64,000 bases of DNA from Bdellovibrionota bacterium (lineage in GTDB: Bacteria > Bdellovibrionota_C > UBA2361 > OMII01). Where the stretch lies: contig JBIIOE010000003.1 in the NCBI GenBank assembly GCA_044337105.1, positions 4,850 through 68,849 on the forward strand. Direction: 5' to 3'. Every line of letters begins with the position of its first letter. The stretch's first letter is position 1. Positions 1 to 11,905 of this stretch are shown here, piece after piece. The notes beneath the pieces were generated by a model. That model was given only the letters and a program-made list of their open reading frames with translations. It had not been told where the DNA came from and did no database searches. Made by a program: the position numbers and the translations under genes.

Positions 1-24
1 CACTGCAGACACGCCTGTGTTCAT

Positions 25-1575
25 GTGAGGATGATGAGCGGCAATCTGGCGTCAACAACGTTCAGCCAGAGTGACTCCGGACAACAGGGGTCAGCGGCAC
101 CGTCATCCCCAAATTCCCCCTCTGATATTCCCTCTCTCGAACAGTGCTGGGCCCTTGCTATCGCTGATGTGTGCGGTGAAACGAATCAACATATCGTCGC
201 CGCGTACATAGAACCCTTGTACCTCGATATCGCGGCATCAACTCCCGATCGTCTAATAGTACGCGGACCATCAAGGCTCATCTGTAACTATGTGACGGCT
301 AACTACGCCAACCGCCTTCAAGCTCGACTTTCGCATTTCCTTCAGAGCCCTGAGCTTCAACTCTCTATTATTCCCCGAGAACCAACCGCTCAAGCAGGCG
401 ACGGCCAAGGTCAAACTCTGCGCAGACCGGCGACTCCATTTATCGTCAAACGTCTCAGACCATCTGCGGTTGAGCAAAAAGAAACCCTTGAAGAGCTTCA
501 AGGAGCAGCCTCCAACCCCGCTAGTGGTGCTTCTGGGGGCTCCAACTCACCGGAAATTTCAAATATCAATCCGCGCTACACCTTCACTGACTTCGTAGTC
601 GGCAATAGCAATCAGTTCTGTCACGCCGCTGCAATGCGGGTAGCGGAGAACCCGGGCGGAAGCTACAACCCACTCTTCATTTATGGCGGAGTCGGTCTCG
701 GTAAAACTCACCTTCTGCACGCTATCGGTAATGCCGTGCTCCAACGCTCTCCAGAGGCGCGAGTGTTGTACCTCTCCTCTGAGACGTTCACCAACGAACT
801 CATCCTGGCTCTTCGTCACGCTAAAATGGAGGAGTTCAAGCGTCGCTTACGCACGATAGAGGTGCTTCTCATCGATGATATTCAGTTCATTGCAGGCAAA
901 GAGCGAACTCAAGAGGAATTCTTCCACACCTTCAATGCTCTCTACAGCGCTAAGCGTCAGATAGTTATCACTTCGGACAAAATTCCGACCGACATTCCCG
1001 GAATTGAAGAGCGGTTGCAAACCCGTTTCTCGTGGGGTTTGACCGCCGATCTCCAAGCGCCGGACTTCGAAACTCGAGTTGCCATCCTGAAGCAAAAAGC
1101 TCTCCTTGAAAACTTTCACTTACCAGAAGAGGTAAGCCACCTAATCGCCGAGAGGATCTCTTCCAACGTCCGCGAATTGGAAGGCGCGCTCACAAGGTTA
1201 CACGCTGTCAGTACGATTCAGCACGTCGATATATCGATGGACATGGCTCGAATGGCTCTCAAGCCTCTATTGCAGCCCAAGGTGATCAATATAACTGTTG
1301 ATGACATCAAGAAGGCCGTTGCCAACCACTTCAATATCAAGGTCAGCGAGATAATTTCGAAGCGACGTACGAAGAATCTCTCCTTTCCACGCCACATCGC
1401 CATGTATCTGTGTCGAAAACACACAACGGCTTCGTACCCAGAGATAGGTGAACACTTCGGCGGACGCGACCATTCAAGTGTTATCCACGCTGCTACCGTC
1501 GTTTCGAGCAAGTTATCCACAGATGCTCAGGTTAAGGTTTTGGTAGAAGAAATCGAAAGGCAACTCTTCGGTTAA
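25..1575 (+). CDS. dnaA: Chromosomal replication initiator protein DnaA
   Basis: 516-aa ORF. Has Walker A GGVGLGKTHLL, Walker B LLIDDIQF and the C-terminal DnaA DNA-binding region (RHIAMYLCRK...GGRDHSSVIHA). Classic dnaA-dnaN-recF-gyrB synteny. Start is ambiguous (GTG 25 or ATG 31/34). Confidence 0.97.
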   Translation: MRMMSGNLASTTFSQSDSGQQGSAAPSSPNSPSDIPSLEQCWALAIADVCGETNQHIVAAYIEPLYLDIAASTPDRLIVRGPSRLICNYVTANYANRLQARLSHFLQSPELQLSIIPREPTAQAGDGQGQTLRRPATPFIVKRLRPSAVEQKETLEELQGAASNPASGASGGSNSPEISNINPRYTFTDFVVGNSNQFCHAAAMRVAENPGGSYNPLFIYGGVGLGKTHLLHAIGNAVLQRSPEARVLYLSSETFTNELILALRHAKMEEFKRRLRTIEVLLIDDIQFIAGKERTQEEFFHTFNALYSAKRQIVITSDKIPTDIPGIEERLQTRFSWGLTADLQAPDFETRVAILKQKALLENFHLPEEVSHLIAERISSNVRELEGALTRLHAVSTIQHVDISMDMARMALKPLLQPKVINITVDDIKKAVANHFNIKVSEIISKRRTKNLSFPRHIAMYLCRKHTTASYPEIGEHFGGRDHSSVIHAATVVSSKLSTDAQVKVLVEEIERQLFG

Positions 1576-2003
1576 TTATTAGCAAAATCAAACACTTGTG
1601 GTATTTACCAACAGTTTATACCATGCTGTGGAATGTGCACTGTTCAAGGATTTTTCACAGCTTTTTCCACAATGGGGCTGTGGATATCAACACTCTGTCG
1701 ACAGCTGTTTCCTTGCATGAGTGTGCTGTGCGGTTGAGCCGGTCCCGAGATGGTTCGGCTACACCACAAACTCAGACGGTAAAAAGCTGTGGATAAGTTG
1801 GGGGTTTACGGGGTGAAAAAGGGGCGTTGTGGGGGAAAAAAATTTGCCTGTGGAAAGTTGGAAAAGTTATCCCGATCTTAACAACACGTTGTATACGTAC
1901 TATGTCATTTCAAAACACGCCGTTAACTAACTTACCCACAGAAAATGGCCTGACTATTCACTATTCACTAACTTTTAATATTTAAGAGAATAATAGGGGG
2001 ACA
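1481..2003. promoter_or_regulatory. Putative oriC: DnaA-box cluster plus AT-rich unwinding region
   Basis: DnaA-box-like 9-mers: TTATCCACG 1481-1489 and TTATCCACA 1513-1521 (both in the dnaA 3' end), TTTTCCACA 1663-1671, TGTGGATAT 1679-1687, TGTGGATAA 1788-1796 (perfect, reverse), TGTGGAAAG 1849-1857, TTACCCACA 1932-1940. An AT-rich stretch at 1941-2000 with tandem TATTCAC units lies directly upstream of dnaN. The 1596..1796 ORF here looks non-coding. Confidence 0.7.
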
Positions 2004-3164
2004 ATGGAGATTACGATTCCCAAATCTGAGCTCGCTAAACTTCTTCACGTCACATTGGCAATGGCGGAGAAGAAAGCAACGATGCCGATCTTGGCCAACG
2101 TCCTTCTCTGTGCAGAAGAGAAGAGTTTGAAAGTAACAGCGAGTGATTTAGAAATTACCGCGATTGCTTTCTCGGCAGCTTCCGTTAAAAAGCAGGGAGC
2201 GATAACTATTAATGCAAAGATGTTTGGAGATCTCGTTCGAGAGCTTCCCGATGGAGATGTGACCATTCGAGCTACAGATCGCGACCGTGTGGAGGTTGTG
2301 GCGGTTAGTTCTAAACTCAAGGTGGTTGGAGTAGGTGCTGAAGAATATCCCGTTCCTCCTGGATTGTCGCTGAAGACGAAGTGCAAGATCCCCGCCCCTA
2401 CCCTGATCGAGATGATCAACAAAACGCTCTACGCCGTATCTCTCGATGAGGGCAGATACAACATGAACGGCGTGTGCTTGGAGATGTCAAAGGAGGGTAA
2501 GAGCAGTGGGCTGCGCATGGTGGCAACCGATGGTCACCGACTTGCACTCATCACTCGCCCAATCGAAGGGGTAGAGTTCACAGGGTTGTCGGCGAAAGGT
2601 TCACAGAAAACCGAAACGTCGGCAGATCACGTCATCGTTCCTCGTAAAGGAATCGCTGAAGTTCGTAAGGCGCTCGAAACCGCTGGTGATGTATCGGTTG
2701 GGGTCGATGTCAGTGAAGGCTTTATGGTCGTAGAGGGACCGACCTGGAAGTTGGTTGTTCAACTTCTCGATAGCGAGTTCCCGAATTACTCGCAGGTTTT
2801 ACCGAGTGCCCCAGGCAACAGGATGACCGTTTTGAGTTCACAGCTATCACAAGCATTAAAGCGTGTGTCTCTTGTGGTGAGCGACAAAAACAAAGGTGTT
2901 CGATTCGACTTCTTCCCGAATCTGCTCCGTATCTCGAGCTCTTCGCCCGAAGTGGGAGAGGCGCAAGAGGAAGTGGAGATTCAGTATACCGGTAAGGAGT
3001 TCTCTGTTGGTTACAACGCGCGTTACATCATCGATTTGCTCGCAGCGGTAAGTGAGAATCAGCCCTTCGTGATGGATCTCGCGGGAGAAACAGGACCGGG
3101 TAAATTTTACTCCGAGTCCGATGAGTCGTGCTTCGGTATCGTGATGCCTCTCAGGCTCGATTGA
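2004..3164 (+). CDS. dnaN: DNA polymerase III beta sliding clamp
   Basis: 386-aa ORF of typical clamp length. N-terminus reads MEITIPKSELAKLL...KATMPILANVLL and the C-terminus ends ...GIVMPLRLD. Lies between dnaA and recF. AGGGGG Shine-Dalgarno before the ATG. Confidence 0.96.
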   Translation: MEITIPKSELAKLLHVTLAMAEKKATMPILANVLLCAEEKSLKVTASDLEITAIAFSAASVKKQGAITINAKMFGDLVRELPDGDVTIRATDRDRVEVVAVSSKLKVVGVGAEEYPVPPGLSLKTKCKIPAPTLIEMINKTLYAVSLDEGRYNMNGVCLEMSKEGKSSGLRMVATDGHRLALITRPIEGVEFTGLSAKGSQKTETSADHVIVPRKGIAEVRKALETAGDVSVGVDVSEGFMVVEGPTWKLVVQLLDSEFPNYSQVLPSAPGNRMTVLSSQLSQALKRVSLVVSDKNKGVRFDFFPNLLRISSSSPEVGEAQEEVEIQYTGKEFSVGYNARYIIDLLAAVSENQPFVMDLAGETGPGKFYSESDESCFGIVMPLRLD

Positions 3165-3272
3165 TCGCACAGCTTTCAATGCGGCGGAAACAGCCCCGGT
3201 GGTCAACGAGTTCACCGGAGCTGTTCTCGCCGATGAACGCTCCACTCCAGTAAGGTTAGTTCAGGACTTCAC

Positions 3273-4379
3273 TTGTTCGTCTCTCAAGTAAGAGTTTTCA
3301 ACTTCAGGAATTTAAGCGACCAGTCGGTTGAGCTCTCTAGTGGCCCTATCTACATCACCGGTCTCAACGGTAACGGTAAGACGAACTTCATCGAAGCGAT
3401 CTATCTGCTCTCGGGATCACGGTCTTTCAGGACCAACGTGTCGAACGAACTGAGCAGATGGGGCGAATCTCAGTGCTCGGTGTTTGGGACAGTTACCCAC
3501 AAACTGGGAACCGAAGAGCTTGGGGTAGCTCTGACCCCTGGTAAGCGCGAGGCTTTTTTAAACGGGAACCCTTTGAGCTCTATCAGTGAGCTGCTTGGCC
3601 GGCTGACGATCGTGGCGTTCTCGCCAGCAGACCTGCAACTCATCAAGGGTTCGCCAGCGGGACGTCGCCGGTTTTTAGATCGTCACATGGTCGATATGCA
3701 GCCCGCTTTCTTAAAGACTTTGATGGCTTATCAACGAGCTTTAGCAAGTAAAAGTGCTTTACTTAAGCAGTCTTACGTTGATTATCAACAGCTTTTACCG
3801 TGGAACTCTCTACTTGCAGAGTACGGTGGAAAAATTGTTGAAAACAGATATAACTTTCTGAAATCGTTGACTGATAAGGCTTCTTCTTTTCACCGATCCT
3901 ACGCCCAAATGGATGGTGACTTGGGGCTTGAGTTGGAATCAGACCTGCTCGATCCAAGCGGGAAGGTCGATCCAACCTACATCGCTCATCAGTTTGAACG
4001 CTCTGCCCAGCGAGAGATAGCCACGAGAAGCCCTGTAGTTGGCGTTCAGAGGGACGATCTCAAGGTAACCTTGGGCGGAGTCGACAGTCGAGCTTATGCC
4101 TCACAGGGGCAAACCAGGAGCATCGTGCTCTCTTTGAAGTTGGGGGTTATCGATATGCTCGAGGAGATCAAGGGGGAGTCACCAGTGGTGCTCCTCGATG
4201 ATGTGGACTCTGAGCTCGACGTGGCTCGCTCGGAACGACTCTTCAGCACCCTGCTGGAGAAACCACGTCAGATGATAGTCACCGGAACCACAACCCCTCC
4301 TAAACCCCTCGAAGGTCACCTTTTATTGCAGATTTTGCAGATGATTAGTGGCCGCATCTCTGTCGTCGCAGCGCCCTGA
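3273..4379 (+). CDS. recF: DNA replication and repair protein RecF
   Basis: 368 aa with a TTG start. Walker A GLNGNGKTNFIEA, signature-like ASQGQTRS, Walker B VVLLDDVDSELD. Synteny supports the call. Confidence 0.94.
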   Translation: MFVSQVRVFNFRNLSDQSVELSSGPIYITGLNGNGKTNFIEAIYLLSGSRSFRTNVSNELSRWGESQCSVFGTVTHKLGTEELGVALTPGKREAFLNGNPLSSISELLGRLTIVAFSPADLQLIKGSPAGRRRFLDRHMVDMQPAFLKTLMAYQRALASKSALLKQSYVDYQQLLPWNSLLAEYGGKIVENRYNFLKSLTDKASSFHRSYAQMDGDLGLELESDLLDPSGKVDPTYIAHQFERSAQREIATRSPVVGVQRDDLKVTLGGVDSRAYASQGQTRSIVLSLKLGVIDMLEEIKGESPVVLLDDVDSELDVARSERLFSTLLEKPRQMIVTGTTTPPKPLEGHLLLQILQMISGRISVVAAP

Positions 4380-4450
4380 GCGAGGCAAAAAAGGGGCAAA
4401 AAAAGTAGCTTTGATTTGATTAGATCGAATGCTGGTTTGGGCTTTGCTAA

Positions 4451-6940
<2,490 letters not shown>

Positions 6941-7184
6941 GCGAAGGGGCAAAAGCTTCGAGTCTTCAGGGATTCGAATGGGTGCTTTCGGCGGAGAGCG
7001 TGCTCGCAAACGCGGAAAGTTTAATTCGCCTGTATAAACAATTGGTTACGGCCTATTTGGACACCCTCGTATGCGCGTGCTTTCGCGAAGCTGCGAAACT
7101 TCTTTTCTGTGCCTAGGCCCTAAAAGTTGACCCCGAGCAGTAACTTAGGTACCTTTTCCCCAGTTAAAACCTAGGAGTTGTACT

Positions 7185-7301
7185 ATGGCTTCCCCAACCA
7201 AGATCACCTGGAACAAGAGAAACGCCCGTGATGCCAAGAAGATAGCCCGGCGTAATAAGCGAGTTAGAGTAGCTGCGCGCAAGGCTACTACTGCCGCATA
7301 A
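7185..7301 (+). CDS. Small, highly basic 38-aa protein (hypothetical)
   Basis: Below the ORF-track cutoff. TAGGAG Shine-Dalgarno at 7172-7177, 7 nt before the ATG. Translation: MASPTKITWNKRNARDAKKIARRNKRVRVAARKATTAA (13 of 38 residues are K or R). A strong hairpin terminator follows. Confidence 0.45.
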   Translation: MASPTKITWNKRNARDAKKIARRNKRVRVAARKATTAA

Positions 7302-7330
7302 CTGAAAAGCTTTCTTTTCGATTGAGTAAT

Positions 7331-7359
7331 GGGACCACTGGGTGGTCCCGTTTCTTTTT
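7331..7359. terminator. Intrinsic terminator shared by convergent genes
   Basis: GGGACCAC-TGG-GTGGTCCC perfect 8-bp stem at 7331-7349, followed by GTTTCTTTTT. It sits between the small ORF (stop 7301) and the minus-strand gene ending at 7365. Confidence 0.65.
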
Positions 7360-7364
7360 GGCCG

Positions 7365-9410
7365 TCACATACTAGGTGACAGCAAGACCCGCAAAATCTG
7401 CTTGAGAGTTTCGGTTGCGGGGCCTTCCGCATGAATGACATGAAATGCCGGATGCGATGTCGCTACATCCAAGAACCGAGCTCGATAGTGGGTTAGGTCC
7501 GTTTCTGTGTGATATTTCTCAGTCAGTGATTTGCCTGCTTTGACCAGGCGCTCTTGAGATGTCGCTACAGGAGCATCCAAGATGAAGTGGAATTCTTTCT
7601 CTCCCGGTAAGGGTGCTGTCGGATCGTCAGTCAGTTTGGTGGCAACACCCCTGTCAGCAACGCGCCATCCAAGCTCTTTGAGTTTCGCAACAACGGTGGA
7701 TTTACCAACCCCATCGTTACCATCGATAACTATCAGGTTCTCCTGTTGCTTGGTTATGAGCTGAGAGATCCATGCAGAAAACTTTCGAAGAACCTGACGA
7801 CGATGAGAGCGTAGGTTCTTGCGCTGTGGGTCGAGCTCCGCGAAAGAGACGCCATCGGTACGATCGGCGATAAAAAGACTATCATATCCGAATCCATGCT
7901 GCCCGGATTGGCCAGTGGCGATCTTTCCGCTACAGGTAGCTTTATCTTCGAAGAGTATAATCCCATCGGGTGTTGCCACAACAAGAGCTATCTCGAAGTA
8001 TGCTTCCCGGTTGCCCTCGGGGATATGCGTCATCATCTCGAGTACGCGCATGTTGTTGGCTTGGTCGATCTCATCGCGGAGGCGTTTTGAGTTGGTGTGC
8101 GAGACAAGTTTTCCATCGTGAGAGAATTCGCAATCAGAGAAACGAGCCGACCAAACTCCAGGGAGGCCGTTAAGGGCAGGGATAACGAGACCAGAATCCT
8201 CGGAGATCGCTATCCTGCCGGACGCTTTTGCATACTCGACCGCTTTTATGCGGGCGTTCTCGAGGAATGTTTCACCGCTCTCTTCAGGCTCTTTATCTGT
8301 ACGTATGACCTCCAAAGGGACATCGAGTGCGTCTAAGATCGCCTGAAATTCATGAACTTTGTGCGGGTTGCCGGTACCGAGGGAGAATCGAAGCTCAGGG
8401 TTAGTGTTGTGCGGAATAGCGTAGTACCGCTCCTCTTCGAGCGCCGGACCTGCGACGATCTCAGCCAGAAGTCGCCACTTCTCGAGCACCTGATTCGAAG
8501 AACCGCCGCTTCTCCACACGTCCTTGTCGAGGGAGCCCAAGAAGAAGTGTCGGAATCGGCCACAGTCGGGACTTACCTCGCCATATACGAGCTCCCCGTC
8601 CTCGGCGATAAAGAGGCACAGATCGTAGAGAACGATATCGCGCGCGCCTAAGAATTCGCTTAAGGCGTGGTTCATACGAAGAGCCGTGTGCCGAGCCTTT
8701 TCGACATCCAGAAAGTAATCGGCTAGGCGATCGGGAAGTATCTCGTCTGCTACACGTTTGCCGGTCTCTGGGTGTTCGAGAGGATTGCGCCAGTCGAAGC
8801 GAACGAGAGTGGTTGGATAGGGAAGTTCGTTGGCTATCGTGCTTCCCGCAAGGGTAGGATGGGTTGAACGGATCATGGCACCGCCCATGCCGAGGTAGCG
8901 ATGTTTTGAGGTTCCTGTGTGGGTGTTCTTTACGATCGTTTCAATTGGAGCAGCCTTAGGCAGGCGACTAATCTCTTCGCGGGAGAGATCCTGTGGGGTA
9001 AAGGGAGGAATCTTATACTTTTTAAACTCGGCCTCTGTGGGCATGACAAGCTTGGAGATAATCAGTTTCTGGTCTAGCAGGACCTCCTGGTATGCATGCT
9101 TGATACCGGCACGCTTTAAAACCTCTAGAAACGACCTCGAAGTTTCGAGGCGGATATGATCTGAGCCTGGGACCACATCGCAGCGGTTGTGAGTGAACGA
9201 ATACACCGTCGGCTTGAAGCGGATCGCAACGAGACCTTTGCCGAGATACCGAACGTCTTTACTCTCTCCTTCGATCACTTTAGGAAGTTGCTCGAAATCA
9301 ATGAACGATGAGGTAATAGATCCGCTTATCTCTCCCGCTGCGAGCTGTTTGAAGTTGTCAGGAAGGCCAGAGAGAGAAGCAGATTCGTTATTTGATGATG
9401 GAGAGGCCAT
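7365..9410 (-). CDS. Three-domain fusion: SAICAR-synthetase(PurC)-like, RdgB/HAM1 non-canonical NTP pyrophosphatase, P-loop nucleotide kinase-like
   Basis: 681 aa. Residues about 50-305 are PurC-like (IETIVKNTHTGTSKHRY; IVLYDLCLFIAEDGELVYGEVSPDCGRFRH). Residues about 340-548 are RdgB-like (SLGTGNPHKVHEF, EESGETFLENARIKA, SEDSGLVIPALNGLPGVWSARF, GFGYDSLF, RSHRR). Residues about 556-681 are P-loop (IVIDGNDGVGKST). Confidence 0.85.
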   Translation of the reverse strand: MASPSSNNESASLSGLPDNFKQLAAGEISGSITSSFIDFEQLPKVIEGESKDVRYLGKGLVAIRFKPTVYSFTHNRCDVVPGSDHIRLETSRSFLEVLKRAGIKHAYQEVLLDQKLIISKLVMPTEAEFKKYKIPPFTPQDLSREEISRLPKAAPIETIVKNTHTGTSKHRYLGMGGAMIRSTHPTLAGSTIANELPYPTTLVRFDWRNPLEHPETGKRVADEILPDRLADYFLDVEKARHTALRMNHALSEFLGARDIVLYDLCLFIAEDGELVYGEVSPDCGRFRHFFLGSLDKDVWRSGGSSNQVLEKWRLLAEIVAGPALEEERYYAIPHNTNPELRFSLGTGNPHKVHEFQAILDALDVPLEVIRTDKEPEESGETFLENARIKAVEYAKASGRIAISEDSGLVIPALNGLPGVWSARFSDCEFSHDGKLVSHTNSKRLRDEIDQANNMRVLEMMTHIPEGNREAYFEIALVVATPDGIILFEDKATCSGKIATGQSGQHGFGYDSLFIADRTDGVSFAELDPQRKNLRSHRRQVLRKFSAWISQLITKQQENLIVIDGNDGVGKSTVVAKLKELGWRVADRGVATKLTDDPTAPLPGEKEFHFILDAPVATSQERLVKAGKSLTEKYHTETDLTHYRARFLDVATSHPAFHVIHAEGPATETLKQILRVLLSPSM

Positions 9411-9486
9411 AATACCTATATTTTTGGGGAAATTCTCGCGCTAGCTGGAATGATACTGAGCCTGTAGGTGTAGTCAATGCTCAGCA

Positions 9487-9640
9487 GGCGGCCTGTTCCG
9501 GACCGCGGAGCTTCCGCTCCGCTTGCTAGCATCGCTACGATCCTAAGGGAAGGCGGACTAGAAAGTCCGCGGTCCGTGTTCGCTCCGCTTGCGAGGAGCG
9601 CTACGCGCCTTGCAGAATGCGGACTCGTTTGTACCGGGCC
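9487..9640 (-). repeat. REP-type palindromic repeat cluster (2-3 units, inverted relative to the arrays beside the RAYT gene)
   Basis: GGACCGCGGAGCTTCCGCTCCGCTTGCTAGCATCGCTACGATCC and GGCGGACTAGAAAGTCCGCGGTCCG are reverse complements of the unit found at 19.5-21.1 kb. Confidence 0.75.
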
Positions 9641-9820
9641 GGCAGGAGCTATATCCGTCCTTGAGCGAATGTCAGGCTCATTATCAGAATGGCATCGCGG
9701 CGCATGAATCAAAGAGTCCGAGCACATCATAGTTCTTCTTGAGAGCTATGGCAGGGACGATAGATCTGCTCCGTAGAATCATCCTCCTACGAGCACGCGC
9801 AGCTCGTTCTGTTAATCTAC

Positions 9821-11776
9821 CTACTGATTTACTCGTACGGCCAAGGCTCCAGTAGCTTTCTCCCCGTTCTGCATCATCCGCAGCGCGGTAGTGAGCTCTT
9901 TCGGAGCCCCGTTCGATGTATTGATCGCCGCTGAGCGTTTAGTGCCGAACGTAATTATGCCGAGCTGTGCAAGTTGCGCCTCTTGAGCTCGTATTTTCTC
10001 TTTGGATGGGATTGGGCCAGCAATACCGCTGTATAAGCGATTATAGCGTGCTGATTCGGGGATCGATGCACCGACAGGATACTCCTCACCGCGCAGAAAG
10101 CCGAACTTGAGAATGGCATACGTAAGCCGAGGTGACGATACGCCCGCCGATTCAATGACCCGAGCTATGTGAGCTTCGGGGTGCTCAGGTACGTTAGAGA
10201 GCTCCTCACCCTCGCTCTCGATAAGATTTTGTAGCGCCTTAGCAGAGCAGAAGTGTCGAGGGGCATACGTTCCCTCTGAGAGAGTGGCGGTTATAACTGG
10301 GGTAACGGTTGATAGAGTCTTGAGGTACTCCTTGAACTGCTCTGGTATGGTGATCGCGTCCACGAGTAGTTGCGGGTTCTCCTGCAACAAGTCCAGTGCG
10401 ATCTGTGGGCCGACTATCTCGGAAATCTGCTCTTCGACATCGACTGCAATCAAGGCAGCTCCTAGCTCGTTTCTGCTCAGTTCACGGTATATCTGGTGCT
10501 GCAGATCTTCGTTTTCGACAAAGCGAGCGATGGGCGCTAGCTCAGCAGCAGCGATAGCGTTGTTTGGGGCTTCTTGCGCGCGCTCTCTCTCCTCTTGAAG
10601 AGCCTCGGCCGGCCCGATCGATGAGGCACGATTTAAAAGTGCCCGCAGTCGGGTCGCTCGCTCGCTGAGCTTAGCAGCGTCGCAATCCAGGAGATGCTGT
10701 GTGAGTACGCTGTCGAGCCCAGTAAGAGCTTTCTGCCGTTCTGCGAGCGTTGCTGACAAGAAGCGTTTTCCCAGGATCTCAAATGACGGCAGGTTCTCTT
10801 GTGAGAGGTAAAAGTCCATCGCAGCAAGCATCACCTTGGGGTCGGAGATCCTCTCAACGTCGGGACGAATACGCTCAAATCTGGTGTCCATCTCCTTGGC
10901 AAGCGCTTGTGAGGCGGCTTGTAATTGTTGCTCAGTAATCTCGCGCAGCGCTTGGTGGTATAGAGCTTCGGATTGGTCACCGTTGTTCGGAGAGAGGTCA
11001 TCAGAAAGCGTCGCCGCATCTGCGCAGAGCCGACGGAGTGAGCGCCAGTCAGAGAGATCGTTGGCTTGAGATAGCTCACGCGAGGCTTGCGATGCGCGGG
11101 CGGCGAGCTCTTGTGCACGATCGTTCACACCATCCAATGAATAGCGTGCCAAATCTTGCCCGGCTCTGGTCAGGTCGCTCAGCGTCCGGAGGACAGGAGC
11201 TATGAGTTGGGCGTATTCCTGCCGGATCGTGACTAATTTTGCTTTTACTAGCGTTCTCGCACGATTCTCATAGATGCCGATAGAGGCGCCAGGTACTTTG
11301 ACCAAATCCCCTTTTATCATAGCGGCGAAATCAGCATATAGGCTCCTGCTTACCGCAAGTCCTTCCCGCTCGGCGATTTTCACAAACAGCTGCTCTAGGG
11401 TCTTGCTATGTATTGCACTGAGAATCGTCACTTGTGCAAAGTACTGCGGTACTTTGGACATCTCGTCGAAAAACATAGCCTTTCGCAGTAGATCTGCAGC
11501 TTCGTTGTCCCTTGTATAGAGCGCGTCAATCGAGCTTTTGAGTGAGTCCACTGAATCAGTGAATTTCCTTATGCCGGAGCGTATATGTTGTATAGAAGCG
11601 AGGCGCGTATTCTTGCCGTCGCAGATGAGCTTCTTGCGTAAGTCTGAGAGGCCGCTTGAGAGAGCGGTGTGGAGCGTCGAATCGTCATAGATTCGGGCTG
11701 GAAGAATAGTGCAATGGCTCAAGGAGTCATCAGAGACACGAGATTGTTGTGAGTGATTTGCAGTCGTGGTTTTCAT
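9821..11776 (-). CDS. Hypothetical 651-aa protein, predicted mostly alpha-helical (island gene 6)
   Basis: Long uninterrupted ORF with protein-like composition; only short antisense ORFs overlap it. I recognise no motif. No clear Shine-Dalgarno at ATG 11776. Confidence 0.7.
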   Translation of the reverse strand: MKTTTANHSQQSRVSDDSLSHCTILPARIYDDSTLHTALSSGLSDLRKKLICDGKNTRLASIQHIRSGIRKFTDSVDSLKSSIDALYTRDNEAADLLRKAMFFDEMSKVPQYFAQVTILSAIHSKTLEQLFVKIAEREGLAVSRSLYADFAAMIKGDLVKVPGASIGIYENRARTLVKAKLVTIRQEYAQLIAPVLRTLSDLTRAGQDLARYSLDGVNDRAQELAARASQASRELSQANDLSDWRSLRRLCADAATLSDDLSPNNGDQSEALYHQALREITEQQLQAASQALAKEMDTRFERIRPDVERISDPKVMLAAMDFYLSQENLPSFEILGKRFLSATLAERQKALTGLDSVLTQHLLDCDAAKLSERATRLRALLNRASSIGPAEALQEERERAQEAPNNAIAAAELAPIARFVENEDLQHQIYRELSRNELGAALIAVDVEEQISEIVGPQIALDLLQENPQLLVDAITIPEQFKEYLKTLSTVTPVITATLSEGTYAPRHFCSAKALQNLIESEGEELSNVPEHPEAHIARVIESAGVSSPRLTYAILKFGFLRGEEYPVGASIPESARYNRLYSGIAGPIPSKEKIRAQEAQLAQLGIITFGTKRSAAINTSNGAPKELTTALRMMQNGEKATGALAVRVNQ

Positions 11777-11905
11777 ACATCAACTAGTACAGCGCATTAG
11801 AGCGATATTGTTTGGGGGGTGTTGGTTTTAAAAACCTTCGGTAAAACGCAGCGCGGATCTCTCCCCCCAAAGAAGATCAGCGCGGCATGCCTTAACAGGT
11901 TAAGG

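Noticed and set aside
1596-1796. 66-aa ORF in the dnaA-dnaN spacer
   Set aside because: It spans the DnaA-box cluster, has no Shine-Dalgarno, and has an odd composition. The region is better explained as oriC.
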